A stretch of 64,000 bases of DNA from Kudoa neothunni (Eukaryota > Animalia > Cnidaria): the NCBI GenBank assembly GCA_964304625.1, contig OZ199838.1, positions 14,565,907 to 14,629,906 of the forward strand, read 5' to 3'. Below are positions 24,314 to 37,918 of the stretch, piece after piece. The first letter of the stretch is position 1; each line of letters opens with the position of its first letter. The notes beneath the pieces are model-generated. The model had not been told where the DNA came from. It saw nothing but the letters and a program-made list of their open reading frames with translations, and made no database searches. The position numbers were made by a program, and so were the translations under genes.

Positions 24314-26493
24314 CCATTAAAATTCACGGACAATATCTTCGTGAGATTTCGGTGACAAGCAAAATACAGTTTACATTAATTTAAAGCGAACCTAAAGGCT
24401 TCGTAAAGTATTTAAAATAATTCTTAAATTTATTCAAATTTTTCTAACGACCTGTTCTAATATAGTAAATAATAAAAAAATATTCAATGATGATGTTTTC
24501 ATGTACGATTTAGTTGATGTTTACGTTAATATTTTGGAAGAATTAATTCCTTAAATTTGATCGTAAGGTCATTTGCAAACGAAAATGCAAAAAATTTAAA
24601 AATAAATAATGCGTTTCTGACTTCCTTACTAATGCCGAAAAATTACGTCTTAAAATCCAGTGAAATTATGTGAAATTATAAATGAATCTAGTTAACAACA
24701 AACTTTAGTTAAAATTTATGTAAAAATGGGAGGGCGGGTGGGGGTAACGTCATTAATGAGTTCACATTATAATTTTTTTAAGCTGTAAACTAAAATAAAC
24801 ATATCAATAATAAGTTTTCTTATTCGTTTTATCTAAAAATAAAAAAGAAGTTTTTTATTCGAATAATTTAGGTTACGAAATTAACTGATTACATAACTTA
24901 ACGTTTAATGCATCTTTTACACTATTCAATATTAATTTATGTTCCGTTTAATCCTTTCGTGTAAGTAAATGTCTTCAATTAAAAAAATATCATCATTTAT
25001 AAAAATAAAAATTATAATTCGTTTAATTATTAAAAGTAAAAAATCTTTTATTTTATGAGTAAATAATATTGCGCTTATAACTAAAATATTTATAATTATA
25101 TTAATTAATAACCATTTATACTATAATTAAGGTGAGATATCCTTAATGCTTAATTTTCATAAATTAGTTATTAATCAATATATAAAAATTTATTATGTTT
25201 TTTGATAAAATAATAAGTAAAGGGGTAAAATTAAAAGTTGGGCGTGCACAAAATGGAATAAAAGATTAAAATATTCTAGTTATGGGGCAGACGTTAAATT
25301 AGTTATTGAAAATATCATAGGATATTTATTTTTGAGATCAATTACTTTTTCCAAAAAGGTGTATTGTAATTTTATAAAAATAGGATTAATACTTGTCAAG
25401 AAGGAAGTTAATAGATCTTTAAAGTTGAGATAACATGGGCCCATTTTCTTAAGGCAGGAACCATTGACATTGTAAATTTTAATCTTAAAAAGTTTGTAAG
25501 CTTGCGCGCCAGGATTTTTTAATCATAACAACTTTTACTTACAAACTGTATATAGATTTAATTTTTTTGAATCTGCTATATTTAATTTTTTCTGACTGGT
25601 CGTTTCGCTCTTAGGAGAAGAAGCAACTAATTATAGTCTAAACTAGAGCAATCTGAATATTATTTACTGTGCCAATAGTCACTTCTTATTCTTTTTTCTT
25701 AAAATGTCAATATCGAATGATCCTTTATAATAGATTTAAGTTTACATTTAATAATTTACTCTTTTAATAATATAAAGTTTTTTAACTTAATAAAATAGAA
25801 ATAACTATCATTATTCGAATAATGGAGTTATAATTTATTAATCTAGTTGAAATATTCTAAAAATTAAACAATATTATTTAAAAAAGCATATAAAAATCTC
25901 ATTCATCAAAAAAGATTTTAAGCTTAGCAAATAAAATATGCGCTTTAACAATTTAATTCTGAATGTATTCCCACATTTAACTTGAGTAACACCGATATGT
26001 TCATATGTTTATTACATAATTATCATTCCTGACTTTACATACCTTGAATCTGAGTAGACGCCTTAATAATAGCTATAATGAGCTGCTATTATTATTATTA
26101 AAAGAACTATTTGAAATGTTTTTTACTTAAATAATTCGCTTTAGACATTTTTATGAAGTCAAAATAGGTACCGTACAAAATATTTATTAATTTATTTCGT
26201 TAACTCGTCGTGGCTATATATCTAGATTATTTACATTTTTAAGCATTTCAATGTCGAATTATTTACTGAATTAAAAAATAATATTTTCCTTAATTGTTTG
26301 GCGCAAAATAAATGCATTTTACGTGTAGAATTTATTCGCGTTATGTTTAGACAATTAGATTCTCCGTGAGTAAAATGCTTAACATTTTAAATCAAGGCAT
26401 CTTGAATCAGGCTAACTGAGATATTAAAGCTTCAGGAGATAAATTATTATGTTGGACACGCCAAGAAATAAAAAAGGGTTAAATTAAGCATAA

Positions 26494-26790
26494 GGACAGG
26501 TGGCACGTGTGGTGGTTTTTCAACCCACAACCCTCTGGTTGTGGGTTCGATTCCTGTTGTCAGTTAAATACTTTCTCGCCGGCTCGTTTTTATCTTGTAA
26601 TAAAAGTGGCTCTTAAAAACTCTAATAAATTAGTATTAATTTTGGTCATCTCTAGACTTTCAGTATCATTTTATCTAGTAGAAAACGGCGAATTGGATAT
26701 TTTGATCGAGGAATTCGGTACATCAATGAAGATGGCGAGCTTTTAGTCACTCAGAAGCGATGTTCTTAAAGTATCGAATTTATTTAGTGA
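26494..26790 (+). mobile_element. 5' part of a tRNA-derived SINE copy
   Basis: Head ggacaggtggcac and B box GGTTCGATTCC. Downstream sequence is similar to the reverse complement of 27185-27654. Confidence 0.6.
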
Positions 26791-27184
26791 AAATTTATTT
26801 CTGTTAAAAATAAGTGTAAATATTAGTTAGGGAATTACACACTTTCAAGTAGCGCATGTAGTCTTAACCCTCTAACGCTAATGGTACCATTAAAGATTCT
26901 TAAGCCTTGGTCGAATCGACTCCTAAGTGAGAGCGAATGTGATGAACCATAAATTTCGTATTCTAAAGTGACTAGAGTAATGTAATACTACATAAATACT
27001 TACCTTGTTTAATGATAAAAACCGATACTTTTAGAGGTATTTTAAGCATCCCAAAATTTTAAATATACTCTTTCATGATCAAACAGAATATGACTGTCGT
27101 CAAATTTTTATTTTACTTTATTTTAAATTCAAATTTAAAGGGCGTGAAAAATGTGAAATGGAGTAATCTCTGAACTTACGAATA

Positions 27185-27654
27185 ATTTTTTTTCAAGATA
27201 AAACCCCTGGCGCAACTTATCAGGTTGTGGAATTCTGGTTGGTCAGACCCTCTTCCGTTAACGCTGTAGGCACCGCAGGACGTAACATGAAACCTCGTCG
27301 CTTATCTTTATGCGGTAGTGTGGGACTTTAACCCACTAAACATCCTCGTCTCAGGGTGACCACCACCCCAAACTCTATCCCTTTAAGGACGTTGGCTCTG
27401 TGGGAACTGCAAATTACTTTACCTATCGATGGGTTCCGGAGATTCAAACTCCTATTCACGCTTACCCCACTTTACGTAAATCTGGCTGCCAGTGCATCCC
27501 ACTCCACAGCGAGCGTACACTTTAACCACAGCTCCCAAATATGGGATAGACACCCACCGACACGAAAGCAGTAGTCTGACCACCTGCGGATTCGAACCCA
27601 TTAGCTCAAGGTTCTGTGCCCAAGTGTCACACCGATGTGCAATCTGTCCACGGC
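27185..27654 (-). mobile_element. Full-length tRNA-derived SINE with A-tail and 11-bp TSD
   Basis: TSD acttacgaata at 27174-27184 and 27655-27665. B box GGTTCGAATCC on the minus strand near the 5' end and an A-run at the 3' end. GC is higher than in the flanks. Confidence 0.85.
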
Positions 27655-28330
27655 ACTTACGAATACATAGCTCGCGTGAAAGTTCAAAGGCCGACTGGCG
27701 TAGTATAATCGTTGATATTCTTCAAGGCCGTTGATATTTTTCGGATATTTTTCTAATATAGGGATAATATTGATAGCTTTATTAAATTCATTAAAAGCAA
27801 ATCACAATAATGTTCAGTACAAATAAAATAAAACGGTGGGATAGACGCAATATTAATTTTGCGTTTGAAATCGATTTATTGATTATCAAAGTCTTAATGA
27901 GGCTCAATAGAACAAGTTGATATTTTCGGAACGTTTTTATTCATTAAATGTTTTAAAAATTCAATAAATTACATTGGCTAATGCAATAAATAATATGATG
28001 AAATATTGGTTGGAATTAACATAATCTTTGAATCCAGCTCATTCTAGTTGGTGATATTTCGCGACAATGAAAATAACCGTATTTTTATAATATTCTCAAA
28101 CATTTTATGTGCTTGATATAATAATTTATTTAATAAATTCCTCTTTTTTCAAAGTTTAAATTTCCCTTGAAATTGTTTGATTATCCATTAAATATGTGGC
28201 CGCAAAATTTTGATATCTCCACGTCTCTATTTATTACCAATACATAATGTTAATTAATGTGGTAAAAGCTCGAGCTATTAAAAATTTCATAAGTATGAAT
28301 TCAATACTTTATTTTACAAAATTTAATTAA

Positions 28331-29769
28331 CCCTCTAACGATTTAGGGGCGCATTACACCCCCAACAATATTTGAACTAGTTATAACTTTTTTCTTGCTA
28401 CTTTCACACGCTTAGACTCGAGCTATTCTTATAGCATAATTTGAAATTTCAATTTTGTGATTGTTGGGAAAATATATATTATATAAGTACACTAAATAAA
28501 AATGATACCTTCTAACGATTTTTTGGGTGCAATACTCCCCAGATTTTTTTCGATTAATAAAAGCGTTATTGCATGTGCTCTGTTTCAAAAAAGTTTAGGA
28601 GAATTATACCGATTATATTTTTGTTAGCTTAATGTCTTAAGTTGGCAAATTTAGTTTTCGCATATTCCGCATTAACAGTGATGAACAGCACTGAAGTCTT
28701 CGATAGTAAAAACCAATCATCTGGTAAGGAATTGAATGATTGTTTCAAGATTTTCTGAAAATTCTGATGAATCATTTTAATCCCATATCATTGACGGATC
28801 ATTAAATTGTAAGCATCGGATTTTGTGGTATCTAAATAAGCCCTCTACATCGAGAACTTTGCTTGAAAATATTATAAATGATCACCCAGTAGACTTGCAA
28901 ATTTCGGAATTTTTTGATTTTTTTTAAATTTGTTATATTATTCGTTCTCACTTTATTTTGAAAAGTGATTAATATTCTTAAAATAACTTTGTGCTCTGCT
29001 TGGGCATGTTTATGAATTCTCTTATCAATAATTAATAAACATCTTTCTCAAAAATTAATCTACTATTTCACTTGATGATCCTGTTTTTAAAATCCATCCG
29101 CATCCACGACCATCATTCAACATACGTGAAAGAAGACACACAGCTTCTTGCTGATTTGGAAGTCGATGATCGAATCGAAATGCATTTGGAGCACTCGGTG
29201 AAAGATCATTATAATCTTCAGTGTTATAATATTTCATGTTTTAAAATAAATATTTCGTGAAAAATCGAACTGTTATAAAAATTTGTAGTCCAAAAATTTG
29301 CAAGTCTATCACCCAGGACCAGCGGCTTACTGTTATCAAAGGATTAAATTTATTTTTGATTGTTTATATTTCTTTGGCCAAAATATTTGTCTTTAAAATA
29401 ATACAGTATTCCAATTTATTTAGAAAAACATATTATGAGGAATATTCGTCAAAAAGCGTTGTGAATGATAAAGTAGTCGTTGTAATTTAAAAATTCGTCC
29501 TTATTGTGAAAAGAGTATTTATTGTGTCACTTAATTTTATTTTTTTCTTGTGTAAAAGAGTCCGAGATTATCAACAACTCATCTAACTGATTTATGGGGA
29601 ATATTTAGTATAATTATTGCCGTTTTGTTATAAAAATAGTCGATAGAAATCGTTGTAATTTACCAGTCTCTCTATAATTATTTTATTAATAAATATAGCC
29701 AAAAAAGAGTGGGGTACATTACAACTCAGAAATCGTCGGAAGATATACATTTTTCGCATCATTAGAAGG
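28331..29769. mobile_element. Non-autonomous piggyBac-like element
   Basis: TTAA|ccctctaa ... ttagaagg|TTAA. Internal inverted repeats at about 28510-28541 and 29711-29743. Confidence 0.75.
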
Positions 29770-29928
29770 TTAAAAAGAATACAAATATTATTTATCTATA
29801 TCATATTAGCTACACGCATGGTTTATTTCATGAAATTGAAGATTGGATTGAAGTTTGTTACAAGCGTAAGAAAATAAACCAATAAATCAAATAATGACTA
29901 ACGTAACGCAGTAATGCGACTTGATAAA

Positions 29929-32900
29929 TTAAATTTCTTGATTATCATCGGAGAGTTTGGAATGGACAACTTTTCGGGGTTTCTTTTTTATGCCAACCAG
30001 GAGAACCAAACAAATTATAACCAATAATACCAAGCAACTGGGGATTAATATTAACCTAAAAAATTATTATAAATAAAAATAACTTTCTATTTTATTTAAT
30101 ATTTCGAATCGGTAAGGTTGTTCTCTGAAGAGATAACTGATATTCATTGTTTTAATAAAGTAATATTTTAGCCTCAAACTTGCTAGGAAAAATATCTTTG
30201 TTTAATAAATTAATATAATAGTAATAATATTTATGGTAAAATTTAGACTGTTATTTTAGAATAATATTTGTATATAAGAAATAAATAATTTCTCTGTTGC
30301 ATTTTATTTATATGTGAAATATTCAAAATAAAAATAATTGTTTAATGTATTGACTACCTCTTTAAGAGAAGTATATTTAGTAATGTTGTCTGTTAGAGAT
30401 AGTTTAACCTCTAAAGGATAACCATAGACTCCAAGAGCCGGCCTTAATATTATTCTGTTTATAAATTTTGTTGTTATGCATGCGATATTTTGTGCATACT
30501 CGCCAGACTTCCATCTACTCTTTTAAAAAAGAATTATCTATCGAATAACACAATAAAACTGATTAAATTTGTGGCGAGAGTACACAAAATATATTAAATT
30601 TTAAAACAAAATAATATACTGATGGACGCGCGAATTCAACGATTAGCCGTTAAAGGTTTTATTCTCAGAGAAACTCCGTGTTGTTTAATTTAAACGAAAG
30701 ATAAATGTTACCTTAAATAATCTTTTTTAATTGGCACTAAATTAAAAAAATCAAATTAAAAAGTCATCAAATATAAAGTAATATTTACTCATTCTAATAA
30801 TGGCGACTCCATTGATATATTTGTTATCTCTGTAATACACTTCCAATTTGTAACTACGAGTGTCCACAACACCGTAAATGATGAATTGATCGCAAAACGG
30901 TTTTTCAATGCCACAAGCACTTTGATTATCTTCGGTGCATTCTTTCTCTATCTTATAATCCGAGGATTGGATATTCAACAATTTCCATAAACACCTCGGA
31001 TTTTTATTAAATATTTTCAATGGTACTACACTCTGCACGTTTAATATTTTAGTATTACGTGTGACGTTCAAATATATTATTTCGCTCTCGATTTTTTTGT
31101 GCGCTTTGACAGCTTCATCTTTGCTGTAAAAAACTTCCAATATGTAAGTTCGATTGTACAAAGCATTGTTAACAGTGATATTTTCACACAATATTATTTG
31201 CATATCACAATCTGTTCGTTTATCTTTTGAGCATTCTTTATCAATCTGAGGTTCTTTGGAATCCATATTCCACAATTTCCATGAACACTCTGGCGCATTG
31301 TCTTTTATTCGTGGAGGTAGAATGGATTGAACGTACATTTTGTCTTTGTCACGGACCAAGGTTAAATTTATCCAGTTAAAATTAAAGGTAATTTCTCCAT
31401 TGATTTCAGCGTCATCCTGGTAATACACTGTAAGACGGTAACTGGGAGCGTCTTCAATATCTTTTATAGTGAAACGGCCACAAGGCATCGATTTTTCAAC
31501 ACAATCATCCGTACTGCTTTCAGTGCATTTTTTCGGTTTTAAATATTTCTCTGAACCAATTGTTTCAAGGAACCATGTACATTTTGGTTCAGTATCTTGA
31601 TTTTTGACTTTTTCAGGAAGTGTTGCTTTTATAGACACCGTGCGCTCATCAAAATCCAATTCCAAATTTATAATCTGATTTTTTGGAATATTCGTTCTAT
31701 CTAAAAATTTATTAATTTAAAAATCCGATAGTGACTATTTTTTAATTTAACAAATGAATAAATTTACCTTTAGGAATCACAATACACTTAGTTTCTTGGA
31801 GATATAATCGTGGTTCCATACAAACAAGATACTCTTTATTTGATTCATAATGTTCAACGAAATTTAAAACTATCACACTTGGGGGCAAGTAAGCACGAAC
31901 CTTTTATTTTATCTCGTGATTCTGAGAAACTGAATTTACCGTTAGTTAATTTTATGGGAGATGAATTAGCAGGGCACTCATAAATTAGTTTGTACTCCTC
32001 ATTTTCCTTCTCGTATATGTTGTAATGGCATTCAACATGGGATGCAGTAGCATAAGGAAAAAATCCCACAATTCTGACTCCTCCATCAATAATATTGGAT
32101 ATGAGCTGAATTGATCCAGTGACTATTCACAAAAGTAATAAGTCATTAATTTAAACATCAATTTGATTACATTTAATTATTTTTTCGTTGTAATATTTAT
32201 CAACAACAACTTTGATATCGTAATCAACAATAGGTATCAAATCTTTAATGTTAACATTCTTAGAGCACTCTTTGCGGCAAACATAACCATCACCGCAATC
32301 TGCTCTGTAGAACAGTTTGCTATCCATTAAGCTAACATAGTAATCGCAAAACCGTTCATCAGAGCTTTCAGCTAAAGTCAAGCTAACCGTTGTCACGTTG
32401 TTTTCATTATTGCTTATCGATGCGGATGTGATATCATGAGTACCCTCTATTGAAATTATTTAAGGATCAACTCCATATAAACATAATAGATCACTTGTTT
32501 TAAAGAATAATTTTTCATAGTGAATATTATTTTCGGTTAGAAACATTTTTATGAATACCGTGTAAAATGTGGCGGGATCAAGTGAGCTTAGGGGCGTTGA
32601 ACCTTTGCAGATTCCCTCAGAAAGTACGGATGTGGTTTGGATAGAGCTCAAAGCCTGATCAGAAAGTGGAAACTTTGCATAATGATATCCTAGCTCACAA
32701 CAATCTTTATTGGGTTCGCAATCGATAAATTCGTGTAAGTCAACATTGACCACACCACCGGAAGTGCTAATTTCAGTAAGTATCACTCCTGATGATTCTT
32801 GGGAATCGTCATAAGCTATTTTATTGTATAAATAATACATCATCTAACATATACACAATCTTACCAAATTTTTTTCGATAAATCCAGAATTGTCATCCTC

Positions 32901-33913
32901 AAAATTATGATATCTGTTTTTTATCATTATTTCTACAAATGCGAATTTTTCCAATCTCAGTTGATATTTCTACAAGGGGCGAAACATTTCAAATTTTCCT
33001 GATTATCACTACAGCTGGAAGGAATACTCCCCAGCCACTTCACCATCTTCAGGCACTCCTCGTATACTGAAATAGCAGATATCAGCAGAAATTATGTTAG
33101 TAAATGTTAATTCATATTTTATGTGTTCCTGAAGATATCAAGGATTTGACATAATATTGTGGCTTATATATATCAGAATTTTGTAGTTCATATTTTGTAG
33201 GTAAGTAGGTATAGTATTCAGGCAACCCTCTACACTTCAAGTAAAAGTAGTCCGCCATCAGATTGCACTCTTGTGTATAAAATTTCAAGAGTCATTTTGC
33301 AATTAATAAAGTTATTTTTTGTAAATTCTTGAGGGGCTTTATAGAAGAATGTGCACATTCTTTGAGGACATATATTGAAGGTATAGAGGAGTGAAGATTG
33401 TTTAAATACCATTTTATTTTCAGGTAACTCAAAAGTTCTAAAATATTTAATTGTAAACAAGGTTTGACATAATTTTATCATGATTTACCCGTGTTGAGAC
33501 CCATTATATGTGTAGAATAATCGTTTGTAGTATCATCAGTTATTATTTTAAGCTTAATGTATCGTACGCTTGGAAAGGCTTCCTCAATTTTATATTTGAA
33601 ACCGTCGCCACATCGGAAAGGCCCATCACTTAGTTTCTCATATTCTGTAACACCATAACTGTTTGTTATGTACCAAAGGTCGGTTGTTTCGTATTGTTCT
33701 AATTCGCAATTTTATCTTTATGTTCTTCATCCATAATGTTATAGTGAAGTGTTTCAGGCGATGATTGATCTGAGAATCCATACTCAAGATCTACCAGTCT
33801 AACCGAACCAATATTTGCAAATATACTCACAATGATTACTATACGTATAATAAATGTGAGGGGCGAACTCAATTAATATATTTACATTGAATAAACAACG
33901 CAAAATTATCCAT
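29929..33913 (-). CDS. Type-I membrane protein with Cys-rich FN3-like repeats (family member A); several frameshifts
   Basis: Signal-like start MDNFALFIQ/LIIVSIFA. Repeated Cys domains with L-x-P-x-x-x-Y motifs (SLDPATFY, DLIPIVDY), and three tandem C-x-W repeats in ORF 30751-31665. TM exon LILIPSCLVLLVIICLVLLVGI followed by KKKPRK...NQEI*. Confidence 0.8.
30408..30656. mobile_element. piggyBac-like MITE in an intron of gene A
   Basis: TTAA|cctctaaaggataa ... ttagccgttaaagg (11/14 inverted). Internal inverted repeat atattttgtgcatactcgcca / tggcgagagtacacaaaatat. Confidence 0.55.
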
Positions 33914-34890
33914 TTTAAATTATCCGATTGGATACTTGACGATTTTGTGTTTCGCCTATGAAAAAATCCTTTATTTCATCTGGGAGATTATTTCTATTTT
34001 TAACAAAGAATCAATCACAACATCCCTAAAACTTACTTTTGCATTAAATAACTTTATAATTTTATTGTATCGCTTAAAATTTAATTATTTCCTATTATTA
34101 GTATGAAAAATAATTATTTCAATATACTATTTTATCAATAAACTGACGTAAATATATAATGGGTTAAAGATTTTTCTTATTTAATAATTAACCCTTTTGG
34201 GAAAATATTCTACAAAGATCCATTAAACTTTTTAGGAACACCGATGAAAAATTGTTTATAAATATCACTTTATTTTTAGGTTATTTTTTGCATAATGAAG
34301 TAAAGAAACACCAATTTTCTGAAATGAGCTTTGATTTTGTATCATTTATTTCTTAACAAATTATATTTATATTATATTTATATTGGTAATGTTGTGAGGA
34401 TGAAAATTTTTTAACTTAAAAATATTTCTAAAACTAAATTTGTACAATCGAATACCCTCATTTTTATTATTTTTAAATTTTTATTTATTAATCCAAATCT
34501 TATTTGATTTGAAAATTTGTTAATGCAGACTTTTTGTTAAGTGAAGTAATATTCGATAATCGTTAGAAGTAGAATTATTTTAAATTTGAACATAATTCTT
34601 ATATGAATAGTTATAAATTTTAATACGTTTCTCAAGTGACTTAGTTCACATATCTTATAGGACACATTACCCTTGCCCCACATCAGCCAAACTAATAGTA
34701 TTAAAATGTTTAGTGCTAAAGAGGCTTCAAAATATCGATTTTTTTGAACCCTCCATATGATAAACTCATATCGATAACTGATATGTTTATATTTGACAGC
34801 TTTAAAAATTTAGTAAGATTTTTAAAATCCACTTCGTATGAGCTTTACTAGCGAAAATGAGATAACTTTAAATATTCCTCGCATTATTAA

Positions 34891-36047
34891 CCCTCTAATG
34901 AATCTAGGGTAAATTTTTACCCCAACAAGAAGTTATCGGTTATGTACGTGATTTGCTTGCTCTTCATATGATACAAATTTTTTTAAATCTTAAAAAGGTG
35001 AATAATATATTATTTTAAATATTATGACTAAAAATATAAAATCAGAGAAATTATAACATTACATTCTTCCGATGAATTTTTGGGATAAAAAATTACCCCA
35101 GATTTATTTCACGTCAATTGAAAGACAAAATAATTATTATTACATAAATCAAGTTTTGGGTTTATTTGATAGATAAATCTGAAGTTAAACAGGTATTACT
35201 TCTACGAGATGTCATGTGACTTACCGCTTAATTTTTTCGTTGTAATAATAGGATGGATTTAGCCAATAGTAATTATAATGATTAATCAAATTCTTTTAAA
35301 AATGATTACGAATATTTTAAATCCCATATGTCGGAAGAATTTTACGAGATTGAAAACTGAGAATTCGTGTCAATCCACAATCAATAATGACGACCTATGG
35401 TGTTGTTTTTCTATTTAATGGATTTATTATATATAAATGCGTTTTTCATATACAGAAAATCTTTGGAGATAATATAGTTAGGAGAAAGTTTTTGAAAATA
35501 AGGCAAAGATACTGTATCTTTCCATTAATTGAAAGAAACATCCGTGCAGTCCAAAATCCTATGAATTTGACCTTATCTATTCCGTTATAACTCGGCACAC
35601 CAAATGAAGGAACAATATTTTAAAGGTTTGAATGTTTTTAGGGCAAATTGATAAGAAACCCACTATTGATTGTTTCAGATGTATGAAACTGTTGCAAAAT
35701 TCATTCTGAATGTTTGCGAATATTATTCTCATTAAATGTTCTATTTTTTACGTATATGATAATTAAAATATTTATTACATTACGTAAATGTGAAATTTGC
35801 TCAAGCATTAAGCTTTAATCAAAAACTGCCATGGCGAATTCTAACGAATACAGTTTTCGTAAGATTATGAAGATTACTGCTAGGTATGCTAGTTGTTTCA
35901 CAGTCGAATCTAGCCGTGGGATTTTTCCAATTTTTTATTTTTCGAAATCAAATAATTTTTGTGGTTCGGGTGGAGAAATGAAAATCTTGGGTAATTCTTA
36001 GCCCCAGAATTCATCGGAGTGCAGCCGATTTTTAATACATTAGAGGG
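34891..36047. mobile_element. Non-autonomous piggyBac-like element
   Basis: TTAA|ccctctaatg ... cattagaggg|TTAA. Internal inverted repeat ccgatgaatttttggg / ccccagaattcatcgg. Confidence 0.85.
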
Positions 36048-37619
36048 TTAAAAATCACTGAAAATAATTTTTTAATTCTATTTTTTTGTGATACTTTTCT
36101 CCAACATAAGTAATTACATTATCATTATGATTAAAATTTTTTGGCGAGATAAATCATAATATAATTTTTTCTGAAAGGAATTATTCTTTATAAATCAGAT
36201 ATAAGTTTATATTTCAGATATGCCATTTCCTATAAAAAATTGTGTTGTTTTCCATTATAACTAACTATTTGGGGTTGGTGGAAATCTCGCACATTTTTAA
36301 ACATTAGGTATTCATAATTAACAGAGAATATTATCAAAAACATAAATAAATCTTATAATAATTTAAAATGGAATTATACATTGTTTAATTGTGAATTTGG
36401 TAATTAGTTTCTTTGACTTTAAAATTTTTTTGCCTTCCTAACGGGAAATTGGAAAGTTTATTTATTTTTTGCATTTTTTTCTCGCATGTATCGAAATTCA
36501 TTAGAGTAATCGTTCTTTTATACATTTAAGAGAAATTCATTGCAAACACTACACGAAAACTTTAATAAAATTAAAAATCAATCAATCATGCTAATAAGTT
36601 ATAAGTTACAACACACTTTTTGGGGAATTGAAATTAGGTACGCAATAAGCATATCACGCATGCGTGTGTAAGTTGTAAAATAATATTTTTATGGCGAATA
36701 AAATTTTTATTTTTGAAATAATCTTTAACTAAACTATTTTTTTCTGTTGATCTGAGACATTTAGGGGTCTTATCCATAAAGAATAAAGATCTGCTATAAC
36801 TGATGGGTCTTCGTGATAAAATGTGACTCGAATAACATATAATGCATCCATTATTTTTCCAGATATTATTAAAGGAATTCATTTTCTAGAATGAATAACT
36901 GCTATGGAATCATCATCTTTTTCATGGTTATCTGATGGATCGCATTTATCATTTACTGTTGTGTAATCAATCGTCTCATAAATATTTGATTTATTTTTGA
37001 TTTCATGCACCCAACTGTTTTCACCTTAGATCTATATTTAAATTTAATTACAAGCGAACAATCCTCAACCACACGTTCTCAGATTTTGTATTAACTTCAT
37101 TTGAGACTTTGATTTTGACTGGTGTCGTTAACTTAAAAAGATTCTCTATTGGTTTTTATAACATGAAATCGAACTCATGCGACGGATCTCTAAAATATAG
37201 TCTCAATTAAAATTGATCCTGTAACCTTCCAAGCGCCTCAAAATCGACTATATACTTGGTGTTTTTGGGTCAAATTGACCTTAGGTTATTGCTTAAATGT
37301 TAAATTCAATAAATAATTCTATAATAATAGGTAAAATTAAATGAAAATTTATCGACCAATTTTTATCGTATTTTAACCAAGGCTTACACTGTGTGTGTAC
37401 GAAATAGATCCTATTCGTGTGAATTTGTTGGCGCGATCTGTGTTTTGTCTGCATGAACCTCATTGTGAGGAATTCATGGGATAACTAAATTTTCGAGATG
37501 TAAAAATGATTTAAAATTTTTTTATACTAAAAATATCGATAGATTAAGTTCATTGTTTACATGAGTAACAGTTTAGTTTTCTATAGTAGGTAACCACTTT
37601 CACGTAATCCCTTTGGGCA

Positions 37620-37918
37620 CGGAAAAGCAAAAATAGTTATTTAACTACATTTACACAGTTTGGCGCCAAAATGAACAATACGAATATTTTCATCTCATTC
37701 TTTTAGTATAATTTAGGTCATAAACATTATTTTCCTCGGAATATACGTTCAAATCCATCAGAACTTAGCATTTGATAACTAAAATGAGTGAAATAAAATG
37801 CTTTGTTAGCATATCTATCGCAGTCAGTGGAAAAAATCTCGTCAAAGTCTCTCTTTAGTACACATGCATTGGGAAAATTCGTGCGAACGGCGCGGTAAAA
37901 CGGATGTCTCCGTATCAT
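37620..37918 (-). pseudogene. piggyBac transposase remnant
   Basis: FYFTHFSYQMLSSDGFERIFR resembles the M-S-x-x-R-F-x-x-I motif. FGAKL follows downstream. Confidence 0.4.

Noticed and set aside
26494-26570. tRNA gene suggested by the B box GGTTCGATTCC
   Set aside because: No convincing cloverleaf, and similarity continues into the SINE body.
30751-31665. Class I cytokine receptor suggested by C-x-W and FN3-like repeats
   Set aside because: Cys spacing differs, and there is no WSXWS or Box1 motif; the tail is about 20 aa.
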